Positions 10,624-20,298 of a stretch of 64,000 bases of DNA are shown here, piece by piece. The stretch spans positions 142,888 to 206,887 of the forward strand of contig MFJF01000005.1 of the NCBI GenBank assembly GCA_001779115.1. The letters are read 5' to 3'. This DNA comes from Candidatus Gottesmanbacteria bacterium RIFCSPHIGHO2_01_FULL_40_15. Its GTDB lineage: Bacteria; Patescibacteriota; Microgenomatia; 2-02-FULL-39-11. The position numbers and the translations under genes were made by a program. The notes beneath the pieces are model-generated. The model was not told the DNA's origin and did not search any database. It saw only the letters and a list, made by a program, of their open reading frames with translations. Every line of letters begins with the position of its first letter. The first letter of the stretch is position 1.

Positions 10624-11514
10624 TTATGAAGGAATTTTGGCTATATTTAACATTTTTATCTTTTTATAATACTCATCAAGAATCTTGGGGCGTAAATCTA
10701 ACGGGTGAAAACGCAGGTATCCGTCTTTTATGACTTCATTAGTAATCTTTCTTTTCATGTACGTCAATTGGATAGTTTTGAAAAAAACTTCCAAAAAATT
10801 AACATCAGACACTCCGCCTTTTAACTTTTTGTGATTATTATCCATAAACTGGTATAAAGGTGAAAAATTCGGGAGAAACGATTTAATCCAACTGTTTATA
10901 CTGATAAATTCCCGATAAATATTATTCCTTTGAAATAAAGGCTTCATTTGAGCTATTTCATGGGCTGAAAAGAGGTCTTTTTCACCATTTATTAACTCAA
11001 GATTTCCCTCATCAATAAACATATTGAGGCAGAATTTATTGCGGATATCAGATGTGCCGGGATTTCTGTAAAGCCCAAACAGCTTCAGAAAGATGACAGA
11101 AAAAAATCTTGTCGTCCAAATAAAATTTTTTGATGTAATTATAAAAACGTCAATATCATCTCCGTCATCAGCATTTTCCATTGAAAGTGTCCCGGTGATT
11201 CCGATCAATTTTACAAAAGGAAGCATAAATAATAACCGGCAAAATTTTAAAGCTTTTAATATTTTTATTCCGGAACAGTATTTTCTTTTTTCCCGAAAAT
11301 AAACTGATTTTTCCCGGCCTTTCAGGCAATAATAATCCCTGCTTTTAACAATTATCTTTTCTTTTGTCAACTCAGTCAGTGATTTTGCAACGGCAGCCAG
11401 GGTAGCTTTTTTTTTGATAAGATACCGGTGAACTTCATTAGACTTTAAAGGATATCCGAATATATCGGCATAGATGAGAGTTTTTAGAACTGAGTTATTC
11501 AACCCGGAAGACAT
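10624..11514 (-). CDS. Hypothetical protein with nucleotidyltransferase (Pol-beta superfamily)-like core
   Basis: Start moved to the internal Met (MSSGLNNS...) because the upstream extension overlaps the SBP gene by 100 bp. Contains G-[ST]...DDGDDIDVFI, which resembles the GS-x(n)-DxD minimal NTase motif, and a possible N-terminal winged-helix region. Confidence 0.35.
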   Translation of the reverse strand: MSSGLNNSVLKTLIYADIFGYPLKSNEVHRYLIKKKATLAAVAKSLTELTKEKIIVKSRDYYCLKGREKSVYFREKRKYCSGIKILKALKFCRLLFMLPFVKLIGITGTLSMENADDGDDIDVFIITSKNFIWTTRFFSVIFLKLFGLYRNPGTSDIRNKFCLNMFIDEGNLELINGEKDLFSAHEIAQMKPLFQRNNIYREFISINSWIKSFLPNFSPLYQFMDNNHKKLKGGVSDVNFLEVFFKTIQLTYMKRKITNEVIKDGYLRFHPLDLRPKILDEYYKKIKMLNIAKIPS

Positions 11515-11524
11515 AAAGTTAAAG

Positions 11525-13141
11525 TTATTGGACCTGCAAAGAACCGGACTGGTTTTCCCCTGTTTGACCCTGATTATCCTGTTTTTGACCGTATGAAAGA
11601 TTGAATCTTTTAAATACTTCCCCAAACCCGCTCTCGGCAGTCTTTATTACGGATTCTTCACTGACACCCTGCTCTGACAATCCGTTAACCGCATCTTTCA
11701 GGTAATCAATCAGAGATGTATTTATTCCCGTTTCACCGTCAAAAGTTCTTGAGGAAAGATAAAAAGACTTCATGGTCGGAGCTTCTGATATTAATGGAGA
11801 CAGATACGGATTATCGGAAAGATTTTTTCCCAGATCTACCCGGGAATAAGGCTCTCCGAAGAGTTTTCTGACTTTTGACTGACCCTCATACAGTTTTTGC
11901 ATATTTTCCGGTTGAAGAAGAAATTTAAGAAATTGCCAAGATGTATCCTGTTTTTTACTTTTTACTGAAACGCCTTCAACCCAATAACTGGCCCAGTTAA
12001 TTTCGGGACAGGGTTCACGGTCACAGGGCAATTGGGGAACCTTGGCGGTTTTAAAATTAAGATCCGGATTGATTGAATTTATTGTCAGAGCCTGCCAGCT
12101 GGGTGCTATAATCATGGCTGTTTTTCCGCCGGCAAAGGCAACTATTGAGTTTTCCAGTGAGTTATCCCAGGTGTTTGAAGGCGGAGCGGCGAACATCCGG
12201 TAAAACTTCAATGTTTGGACGGCACAGTCGGTCTCGGCAGCGTCAGAACAACTGAAAAGGGATTCATAAAGTTTTGTACCGTTTTGAAGCATCATCAACC
12301 CCAAAATGTCACTGAAATGTTCGATATTTTCAGCCGTTCCGAGAGCTATAGCTGATGTAGCGATCAGATTTCCTTCTTTAACTGTCAGTCTGGAGACGGA
12401 ATTTTGGATATCTATCCAGGTCAGAGGAACTGTAACATTAGCTCCGTTTAAAATATCTTCATTATAAAAAAGCAACAGGCCGTCAATTTCCAACGGTATA
12501 CCATAGAAATTATCACCGCCTTTAAGATCCTGTAAAACAACCGGATAAAAAGTTTTTCCATATTCCTCATCTGAAATAACATCCTTTGGCAACGGAGCAA
12601 GCTGTTTGACCAGCATGGGCAACCAGGTATTATGGAATCTGAAAATATCAGGACCTTCTCCCCTGTCTATTGCCGCTTGGACTCTTTCCCTGTATTGAAC
12701 AGGGTCCTGTCTGACATAATTTACTTCAATCTGATTATTCTCTTTTTCAAATTTTTCAATAAGAGGACTCATGATGGATTCTTCTTCCCACAAACCCCAG
12801 TAAGTCAAAGTAATTTTTTCCGTTTTTTGGCCGTTTGAACCGGTAGGAGTAGTACTTCTTGATCCCAGAAATCTTAAAGCAACAACTCCAACCACGACAA
12901 TGATAATTACGAATAAAGCCAGAAATAGAAATTTCCGACGGGGATCTTCAATATAGGCAGGCGGAACAGAAAAAGCATCAGGTACAGGAGGGTTAGCGCT
13001 ATCTTCAAACGGAACAGAGGACGGCCCGGCAACTTCTTCACTTGGCGCTGCCATAGCTTCTTCATAAGCTGAATGACTTCCTTCAGAAAATATTTCACCG
13101 GAGGGAGGAGGACCGTTTGACTGTTTTGATGGATCATCCAT
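11525..13141 (-). CDS. Extracellular solute-binding protein (family 1, sugar-type ABC SBP) with Pro-rich cytoplasmic N-terminal extension and TM anchor
   Basis: 538 aa. An ~85-aa P/S/E-rich N-terminus precedes a single TM, followed by an SBP_bac_1-like domain (LTYWGLWEEE..., FRFHNTWLP). No permease or ATPase genes adjacent. Confidence 0.65.
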   Translation of the reverse strand: MDDPSKQSNGPPPSGEIFSEGSHSAYEEAMAAPSEEVAGPSSVPFEDSANPPVPDAFSVPPAYIEDPRRKFLFLALFVIIIVVVGVVALRFLGSRSTTPTGSNGQKTEKITLTYWGLWEEESIMSPLIEKFEKENNQIEVNYVRQDPVQYRERVQAAIDRGEGPDIFRFHNTWLPMLVKQLAPLPKDVISDEEYGKTFYPVVLQDLKGGDNFYGIPLEIDGLLLFYNEDILNGANVTVPLTWIDIQNSVSRLTVKEGNLIATSAIALGTAENIEHFSDILGLMMLQNGTKLYESLFSCSDAAETDCAVQTLKFYRMFAAPPSNTWDNSLENSIVAFAGGKTAMIIAPSWQALTINSINPDLNFKTAKVPQLPCDREPCPEINWASYWVEGVSVKSKKQDTSWQFLKFLLQPENMQKLYEGQSKVRKLFGEPYSRVDLGKNLSDNPYLSPLISEAPTMKSFYLSSRTFDGETGINTSLIDYLKDAVNGLSEQGVSEESVIKTAESGFGEVFKRFNLSYGQKQDNQGQTGENQSGSLQVQ

Positions 13142-13172
13142 TCTTATGATATGATAACCGCAATATTAAACC

Positions 13173-14609
13173 ATGGTCAAGGAAAAAAAAGGAAAACCGG
13201 CAGTTGGTACATTGCCGAAAAAATTACCCTTAATAAGGGTAATTTTGATAATACCGGCAATTTTATCCGTATTGGGAGCAGTTTTTGCCGTATCATTTAT
13301 TAATCAATATGAAAATATTTACCGGGATAAAATTTATCCCGGGGTAACAGTTGATTTTATACCATTCGGAGGAAAATCCCAACGTGATTTGGAGAATTAC
13401 TTCAATAAAAAAAATAAAAAATTAGCCGGATTCCAAATAACTCTAAAACATGAAGACCGGTCGGCAACAATTTCAGGAAAAGAATTGAAGGCCGGCTATG
13501 ATGTCAAACTTTCCTCAATTCAAGCTTATTCCATCGGAAGAAGCGGCAATATTTTATCCGATATTTACCACAAATGGCGGGCAAAAGCAGCTGGAATAAA
13601 TTTGACTGCTGTCATGACTATGGACAATGAGTATATCGATGAGACCATAACTTATCTGGCAAATTCAATTGATAAAAAAGCTGAAGATGCCCTTTTTAAT
13701 TTTACCGGCGGCCGGGTTACTGCCTTTAAGCCTTCCAGATCAGGCGTTGCCGTCAACCGGGAAAAAACCAAGAAATTAGTAATGAATTTCCTGGAAAAAA
13801 CAATTCAAAACGGAACCGATGAAAAGGTTGAATTCAAATTACCGGTTGAAATTGTTCTTCCGTCAATCACAACGGAAAATTCAAATGATTTCGGAATAAA
13901 GGAACTTATCGGAACCGGTAAATCCAAATTCGTCGGATCAATAGCAAGCAGAATACACAATATTGAACTGGCCGCTTCAAGAATAAACGGACGGCTGATT
14001 CCTCCCGGGGAAACCTTTTCTTTTAACAGTGCCCTGGGCGATGTATCTTCGGCAACCGGATACCAGCCGGCTTACATTATTAAAGACGGCAGAACGGTTC
14101 TCGGAGACGGCGGTGGGGTTTGCCAGGTTTCAACAACCCTTTTCCGGGCGGCTCTTTCGTCGGGATTACCGGTAGTTGAAAGATGGGCCCATTCTTACAG
14201 GGTAAGTTATTACGAGCAGGATTCAGGTCCGGGGATTGATGCTACGGTATTTGCACCCAGTGTTGATCTGAAATTTACAAATGATACTCCGGCCCATATC
14301 CTGATTCAGGCCGAAACAAATAAAAGTGCAAGCTCGTTAACTTTTTCTCTTTACGGAGTATCCGACGGAAGAGTTGCACAAATCACCAAACCGGTGATAC
14401 TTTCCCAGACCCCGCCACCGCCTGACCTTTATCAGGATGATCCTACACTTGATAATGGGGCAGTTAAGCAAGTTGACTGGAAAGCCTGGGGAGCAAAAGT
14501 CAATTTTGATTATAAGGTTACCAGAGACAGAGAAATTTTATTTCAAAAATCTTTCTTCTCAAATTTCCAACCATGGCAGGCAGTTTTTTTACGCGGAACC
14601 AGAATTTAA
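13173..14609 (+). CDS. VanW-family protein (PG-binding/G5-like N-terminal region + VanW domain)
   Basis: 478 aa. N-terminal TM, then the VanW core motif GYQPAYIIKDGRTVLGDGGGVCQVSTTLFRAA. Confidence 0.75.
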   Translation: MVKEKKGKPAVGTLPKKLPLIRVILIIPAILSVLGAVFAVSFINQYENIYRDKIYPGVTVDFIPFGGKSQRDLENYFNKKNKKLAGFQITLKHEDRSATISGKELKAGYDVKLSSIQAYSIGRSGNILSDIYHKWRAKAAGINLTAVMTMDNEYIDETITYLANSIDKKAEDALFNFTGGRVTAFKPSRSGVAVNREKTKKLVMNFLEKTIQNGTDEKVEFKLPVEIVLPSITTENSNDFGIKELIGTGKSKFVGSIASRIHNIELAASRINGRLIPPGETFSFNSALGDVSSATGYQPAYIIKDGRTVLGDGGGVCQVSTTLFRAALSSGLPVVERWAHSYRVSYYEQDSGPGIDATVFAPSVDLKFTNDTPAHILIQAETNKSASSLTFSLYGVSDGRVAQITKPVILSQTPPPPDLYQDDPTLDNGAVKQVDWKAWGAKVNFDYKVTRDREILFQKSFFSNFQPWQAVFLRGTRI

Positions 14610-14652
14610 ACAAAAGTGCAGCCGAATTAACCGGATTCGTAAATTTATCCTG

Positions 14653-15135
14653 ATGGAAAAAATATCTGATTTAAAGGGATTCAAAACGACTCTAATAAAA
14701 CTTCAAAAGAGAGGCAAGCCGATAATTCTAACCGGCGGTTGTTTTGACATACTGCATATCGGCCATATCCGATTTTTGGAGGAAGCTAAAAAATCAGGGG
14801 GAACACTTATAGTATTACTGGAACCGGATGAAAAGGTCAGAAAACTTAAAGGAGCAAAAAGACCCGTGTTTTCTCAGCATGAAAGAGCCCGGACACTTTC
14901 ATCTTTAATTCCGGTGGATTATATAATACTTCTTCCTTATCTTTCCGGATCAGGATATGACCAATATATAAGTGTTATAAAACCTGATATTATTGCAACA
15001 ACAGAAAACGATCCGATATTGGAAAAGAAACGAAAACAGGCAAAAAAAGTTTCCGGAAAACTCTCCGTTGTTAAATATTTCACATCCCTATCAAGCTCTC
15101 AAATAGCTGACAAATTGAAAAAAGAATCTTTATAG
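14653..15135 (+). CDS. Cytidylyltransferase-like nucleotidyltransferase (RfaE/HldE domain-II-like, HxGH family)
   Basis: 160 aa from the internal ATG at 14653; the ORF track's upstream extension overlaps the VanW gene. Motif GGCFDILHIGHIRFL is the (T/H)xGH nucleotidyltransferase signature. Confidence 0.7.
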   Translation: MEKISDLKGFKTTLIKLQKRGKPIILTGGCFDILHIGHIRFLEEAKKSGGTLIVLLEPDEKVRKLKGAKRPVFSQHERARTLSSLIPVDYIILLPYLSGSGYDQYISVIKPDIIATTENDPILEKKRKQAKKVSGKLSVVKYFTSLSSSQIADKLKKESL

Positions 15136-15142
15136 TTTTGTT

Positions 15143-16201
15143 ATGAAAATTCTGGCTATAGAAACATCATGCGATGAAACAGCCGCTGCGATTGTTGAAG
15201 ACGGCAGGAAAATAATTTCAAATATTGTTGCAACTTCTGCGGAACTTCATGCAAAAACCGGCGGAATTATTCCTGAAATTGCGGCGCGGCAACAAGTTTT
15301 ATTTATTATTCCGGTTATTGAAGAAGCCACTCTGCCGCTTCGGAATGAAAAAAAGGGTAAGCCTGATCTTTTGAACACATTTAAAAAAATTGATGCGTTG
15401 GCGGTAACAGTCGGACCGGGACTTATCGGCTCCCTGGTGGTAGGAGTAGAAGCGGCAAAAACTATTGCCATGACAACCGGGAAACCGATTATTCCGGTAA
15501 ATCATGTTAAAGCTCACCTTTACGCCAATTTATTAAACGGCACCGAAAAACCGGATTTTCCGGCTATCGGATTGGTTGTTTCCGGAGGCCATACTGAACT
15601 TTATTTTTGGCAAAGTATAAATAATATTAAATGGATCGGAGGAACAATAGATGATGCTGCCGGTGAAGCATTTGATAAAACAGCCAGAATACTCGGTTTA
15701 GGCTTTCCGGGAGGACCGGCAATCGCAGCGGAAGCGGTAAAAATTCAATTTGATGGGAACCCGGGCAGAATACAAAACATTAAGTTACCAAGACCAATGA
15801 TGAAAGAAGACAGTCTAAATTTTTCATTTTCAGGATTAAAAACAGCAGTAAAAAGAACAGTAGACGATCTTAAGATGAAAAATAAATTTAACGGAAAGAC
15901 TGTTTCATATCTGTCTTATGAAATCCAGGAATCCATAACCGATGTTTTATCTTTTAAAACAATTCTGGCGGCGGAGAAATACAAAGTGAAAACAATTGCT
16001 TTGGGGGGAGGAGTGGCTGCTAATTTACGATTAAAGGAAAAATTAACAAAAGAGAGCGGCAAGAAAATAAGAATATGCGTTCCTCCTCCGTCATTTTGTA
16101 CCGATAACGCTCTTTATATTGCCAGTTGTGCTTTCCATTATAATAATCCGGTTAGTTGGAAAAGTATTGAAGCCGATCCGGGACTGTCGGTTGAAGTTTG
16201 A
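15143..16201 (+). CDS. tsaD: tRNA N6-adenosine threonylcarbamoyltransferase
   Basis: 352 aa Kae1/TsaD/Gcp family (MKILAIETSCDETAAAIV..., GxGG, HxxxH metal site). Confidence 0.9.
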   Translation: MKILAIETSCDETAAAIVEDGRKIISNIVATSAELHAKTGGIIPEIAARQQVLFIIPVIEEATLPLRNEKKGKPDLLNTFKKIDALAVTVGPGLIGSLVVGVEAAKTIAMTTGKPIIPVNHVKAHLYANLLNGTEKPDFPAIGLVVSGGHTELYFWQSINNIKWIGGTIDDAAGEAFDKTARILGLGFPGGPAIAAEAVKIQFDGNPGRIQNIKLPRPMMKEDSLNFSFSGLKTAVKRTVDDLKMKNKFNGKTVSYLSYEIQESITDVLSFKTILAAEKYKVKTIALGGGVAANLRLKEKLTKESGKKIRICVPPPSFCTDNALYIASCAFHYNNPVSWKSIEADPGLSVEV

Positions 16202-16234
16202 GAATTATCGCAATATAATAATCCAAACCTAAAT

Positions 16235-18427
16235 ATGGATAAAGTTTATAAGCATCAGCATACAGAAAAAAACTGGTACAGTCTTTGGGAGGAAAAAGGT
16301 TATTTTACACCGGTTATTAACCCGGAGAAAAAGCCTTTTGCGATAATAATGCCTCCTCCCAATGCCAACGGTTCACTTCATATCGGACATGCCGCATTTT
16401 TAACTATTGAGGATGTGATGATCCGCTATCACCGAATGGTTTCTGAAGTTACTCTCTGGCTTCCCGGGGCTGATCATGCCGGAATTCTGACTCAGGTAGT
16501 TTTTGAAAGAAAACTGGAAAAAGAAGAGAACAAAAGCCGGTTTGATCTGGGTCGTGAAGAGTTTATCAGGCGGTGTATGGAATTTACTTTGAAAAATAAA
16601 GAAGTGATGGAAAATCAGATGAGGGCTATCGGAGCTTCCTGCGACTGGAGCCGGAAGAGTTTTACACTTGATCCTAAATTCAATAAACCGATAAACGCGA
16701 CATTTAAAAAACTTTATGAAGACGGCTTTTTGTACAGAGATTTACGGATGATAAACTGGTGCCCGAGATGCGCCACGGCTTTATCGGATCTGGAAGTTAT
16801 TTATAAAGAGAAAAAAGATCCTCTGTATTTTATTAAATACGGTCCCCTAACTCTGGCAACCGTCAGACCGGAAACAAAATTCGGCGATACGGCATTGGCT
16901 GTTAATCCGAAGGACAAAAGATACCTTAATTTTATCGGCCGGGAGATAGAAGCCGAAGGACTTTTGGGGAAGATGAAGTTTAAAGTCATTGCGGATCCGG
17001 CTGTTGACCCAAAATTCGGTACTGGAGTGGTTAAAGTAACACCGGCCCATGATCCTGATGATTTTGCCATGGGCTTACGGCATAATCTGGAAGTCAGACA
17101 GGTAATCGGTTTTGACGGTAAATTAAATGAAAAAACAGGTCCCTTTAAGGGATTGACCGTCAGGGAAGCACGGATAAAAACCGCTTCTGATATGGAGAAA
17201 AAAGGACTGATCGTAAAAAAAGATACTGAATACATACATAATATTGCCATTTGCGAGCGGTGTCAGACAGTCATTGAACCGATGGTATCGCTGCAATGGT
17301 TTATCAGAACTAAAAGTTTGGCTGAAATGGCCATAAAAGCTGTCCAAAAGGGAGAGATAAGATTTATCCCTAAAAGCTTTGTAAAAAACTATAATATCTG
17401 GATGGAAAATATCAGAGACTGGTGCATTTCCAGGCAGTTATGGTGGGGCCACCAGATTCCGGTTTGGTATTGCGGAAAGAAAAATTTATCCGACCTCCAA
17501 TTAACCATGAATCCGGAACTTAAAAAAATTAAAAATGAAGGCTGCGGGGAAATCATAGTCGCAGATGAAAAACCCCGGACATGTCCCAAATGCCAAAAGA
17601 AAAATCTTATCCGTGATCCTGATACATTGGACACCTGGTTCTCATCAGGACAATGGCCGTATACAACACTTAACTTCGATCAAGAGAATGTTTCTGATTA
17701 TGAATATTTTTATCCGACTACTGTCATGGAAACCGGTTATGAGATCCTTTTCTTTTGGGTGGCACGGATGATAATGCTCGGATTGTATTCTACCGGTAAA
17801 GTTCCTTTCAAAATTGTTTACCTTCACGGTTTAGTCAGAGATGCATTGGGAACGAAAATGAGCAAATCCAAAGGAAATGTGATTGATCCCTTAACAGTTA
17901 TTGACAAATACGGGGCGGATTCATTAAGAATGGCTCTGGTTTACGGAACTTCACCAGGGAGTGATGTCAAACTTTCGGAGAAAAAAATTGAAGCAATGCG
18001 GAATTTCGGCAATAAAATCTGGAACATGGCCAGATTTATTAAAATGAATATTGAGTTTTTTGAAAAAAACAGTAAAAAATTTACTCCTGATCAAAAATAT
18101 ATTCCTTCCGATAATGATGATAAAAATCTGTTAAAAAATTTAGATAAGCTGATTAAATTGGTTACTGATAATATGAACAGCTACCGGTTTGCCATAGTTT
18201 CCGAGAAATTATACAACTTCCTTTGGCATGAAATGGCTGATAAATATATGGAGCAAGTTAAGGACAGGCTGCGGAATAATGATTGGAGTGCTTTGAATAC
18301 TTTATATGTGACTTTTATATCCTCAATCAAGATGCTTCACCCCATCATGCCGTTTATTACCGAGGAAATAAATAAACAATTAACCGGTGAAGAAAAGCCG
18401 CTTATAATCTCTCCCTGGCCGAAATAA
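16235..18427 (+). CDS. valS: Valine--tRNA ligase (short form lacking C-terminal coiled coil)
   Basis: 730 aa. PPPNANGSLHIGHA (HIGH), KMSKSKGNVIDP (KMSKS) and DTWFSS editing/CP1 context typical of ValRS. Confidence 0.85.
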   Translation: MDKVYKHQHTEKNWYSLWEEKGYFTPVINPEKKPFAIIMPPPNANGSLHIGHAAFLTIEDVMIRYHRMVSEVTLWLPGADHAGILTQVVFERKLEKEENKSRFDLGREEFIRRCMEFTLKNKEVMENQMRAIGASCDWSRKSFTLDPKFNKPINATFKKLYEDGFLYRDLRMINWCPRCATALSDLEVIYKEKKDPLYFIKYGPLTLATVRPETKFGDTALAVNPKDKRYLNFIGREIEAEGLLGKMKFKVIADPAVDPKFGTGVVKVTPAHDPDDFAMGLRHNLEVRQVIGFDGKLNEKTGPFKGLTVREARIKTASDMEKKGLIVKKDTEYIHNIAICERCQTVIEPMVSLQWFIRTKSLAEMAIKAVQKGEIRFIPKSFVKNYNIWMENIRDWCISRQLWWGHQIPVWYCGKKNLSDLQLTMNPELKKIKNEGCGEIIVADEKPRTCPKCQKKNLIRDPDTLDTWFSSGQWPYTTLNFDQENVSDYEYFYPTTVMETGYEILFFWVARMIMLGLYSTGKVPFKIVYLHGLVRDALGTKMSKSKGNVIDPLTVIDKYGADSLRMALVYGTSPGSDVKLSEKKIEAMRNFGNKIWNMARFIKMNIEFFEKNSKKFTPDQKYIPSDNDDKNLLKNLDKLIKLVTDNMNSYRFAIVSEKLYNFLWHEMADKYMEQVKDRLRNNDWSALNTLYVTFISSIKMLHPIMPFITEEINKQLTGEEKPLIISPWPK

Positions 18428-18450
18428 ATATTAATATAAATTTATGGCAG

Positions 18451-19149
18451 CTAGCTTTCGGAGACGGTGATATTTTCAATGATGACTTTTTCTTTCGGTT
18501 TTGACTGTTCTCCCAGCCCGTTATCTTCAACTTCCACTCCAGCTATCTTATCAATTATTTCCATCCCCTTGACTACTTGTCCGAAAATAACATAATTTTT
18601 AGGCAGATTATTATCCTGATGCATAATGAAAAACTGGCTGCCGTTGGTATTTGGTCCTGAATTAGCCATTGCAACCATTCCCTTTTTATAGTCAAGCGTA
18701 ATTTTTTCATCGGCGAATTTATAACCGGGACCTCCGGTACCGTCACCAAGGGGGTCTCCACCCTGAATCATGAAATCTTTAATAATCCTGTGAAAGGGAG
18801 TCCCATTGTAAAATCCGTCACGCGCCAGAACAACAAAATTATTTACCGTTACCGGTGTGTTTTCAGCAAACAATTCGATTTGAAAATTGCCGTATGAAGT
18901 TGAAACATCAGCCGTATAAATTTTTCCGGGATCAATTGTCATTTCCGGTATTTTGGAATATTGTTTTGCCATATTAGCCGATTGGGTTTTTGCTTTGTCC
19001 TGATTTTCCTGCGGCTGTTCTTTGGAGAAAAATAATGTCAAAATAAAAACCGCAGCTGCTATTGCCAACAAATACAGGATAAAATTGAAAAAATTAGATG
19101 TTCTTTTCAATTTTGGCATCTTTTCTGATTTTATTAAACCATTCCTCAT
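18451..19149 (-). CDS. ppiB: Cyclophilin-type peptidyl-prolyl cis-trans isomerase, membrane-anchored
   Basis: Cyclophilin core (FHRIIKDFMIQGGDP...GGPGYKF...SQFFI) after an N-terminal TM. The start is uncertain: a later Met at 19119 would reduce the overlap with the upstream gene. Confidence 0.85.
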   Translation of the reverse strand: MRNGLIKSEKMPKLKRTSNFFNFILYLLAIAAAVFILTLFFSKEQPQENQDKAKTQSANMAKQYSKIPEMTIDPGKIYTADVSTSYGNFQIELFAENTPVTVNNFVVLARDGFYNGTPFHRIIKDFMIQGGDPLGDGTGGPGYKFADEKITLDYKKGMVAMANSGPNTNGSQFFIMHQDNNLPKNYVIFGQVVKGMEIIDKIAGVEVEDNGLGEQSKPKEKVIIENITVSES

Positions 19150-19768
19150 AGAGCTCGCTTACTTTTTGCTGTTTAATAAAACCTTCAACTTCCGAACGCA
19201 GTTTTGCGGGATCAGTAGCTTCTGATGACAATTCCTTATTATTTTCCAGATATTTTTCAATATCAGTTGAAGATACTGAAGTTTGTTTATCAAACAGCTT
19301 TTCAATGGAAAGCTGAAGCTCCAACTGCCTGCGGAAAGTAGTCGTATCCAAACCCTGCATTGACAACGCCTCATTTAGGGACATTTTCCCGCCTAAATTT
19401 TCTTCAATTTTTTTAACCCGGCTTTCTATTTCATCAGCGGTGATAAATATGCCTTCCTGCCGTGCAGCTCCCAAAATCAACCTCTCATTAATCAGTTGAT
19501 CCAGAACCGAATCGGAAAACTGGCTATTCAAACGGCTGTTTAACTCAAAACGGGAAACGGGCTGGCCGTTAACCGTGGCGACTATATAATATTTTCTCAA
19601 CAGCCAAAATACTAAAACCAGGAACAGAATTCCGATTATAATCAGATTCTTCTTTGTAAAAAAGCTTTTTGAAAAATAATTTTTCAGAAAACTTTTAGCG
19701 TTTCTTTTATTCAGACTTAACTTTTTATCAGCTGTCGATGTTTTTCCCAAAGTTTTTTTTACCGGCAT
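19094..19768 (-). CDS. SurA-N-domain-like periplasmic chaperone, membrane-anchored
   Basis: 224 aa. TM helix followed by a SurA_N-like helical domain (VNGQPVSRFELNSRLNSQ...LINERLILGAARQEGI). Confidence 0.5.
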   Translation of the reverse strand: MPVKKTLGKTSTADKKLSLNKRNAKSFLKNYFSKSFFTKKNLIIIGILFLVLVFWLLRKYYIVATVNGQPVSRFELNSRLNSQFSDSVLDQLINERLILGAARQEGIFITADEIESRVKKIEENLGGKMSLNEALSMQGLDTTTFRRQLELQLSIEKLFDKQTSVSSTDIEKYLENNKELSSEATDPAKLRSEVEGFIKQQKVSELYEEWFNKIRKDAKIEKNI

Positions 19769-19771
19769 ATA

Positions 19772-20218
19772 TTAATTTGGGGATTTTGATAATTTATCAT
19801 TAACAATCCTGGCAATATTAGCGGGGTCTGCCCCGGCACTCACTTCTTTTACGGTTAACCCGATTATTTTTCCCGGATTTTTAACATCACCGCTTTTTTC
19901 AATTACGCGGTCAATAATCACTGAAAGCTGTTCGTCGGTTAACTGAGGCGGCAGATATTCCGAAATTATTTTTATTTCATTTTCCTCAGCTTCAGCCAGT
20001 TCGTTTCTGCCTCCTTTGCGGAAAAGCTCAATTGACTCACGGCGCTTTTTAATTTCTTTGGCCAATAAAGATTCCGCTTCCTCTTTATTCAAATCAGCCT
20101 GTTTATTTATTTCCGCATATTTTATCTGAGACAAAATATAACGCAGTGTGTTAACTTTAAAACTTTCTCCTTTTTTTAACGAAGAATGCATTTGTTTTTG
20201 AATTTCATCCTTTAACAT
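19772..20218 (-). CDS. GatB/YqeY domain protein
   Basis: 148 aa with strong similarity across the whole YqeY fold (LKKGE...LRYILSQIKYAEI...EEAESLLAKEIKKRRESIE...). Confidence 0.85.
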   Translation of the reverse strand: MLKDEIQKQMHSSLKKGESFKVNTLRYILSQIKYAEINKQADLNKEEAESLLAKEIKKRRESIELFRKGGRNELAEAEENEIKIISEYLPPQLTDEQLSVIIDRVIEKSGDVKNPGKIIGLTVKEVSAGADPANIARIVNDKLSKSPN

Positions 20219-20298
20219 ATTAAAAGCTTTTTCAAATTATTAAGGCTTAAGTATATGACAACAGGCAAACAAAAGCAAAGACTATGTCATGCCAATGT

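Noticed and set aside
10624-11625. ORF-track 5' extensions (10624-11625; 14437-15135; 33374-34705; 62375-63550; 6725-7600; 31874-32401; 32379-32594)
   Set aside because: Each extension overlaps the upstream gene or a promoter. Internal ATG codons with better spacing or RBS give non-overlapping genes, so shorter coordinates were used in the feature list.
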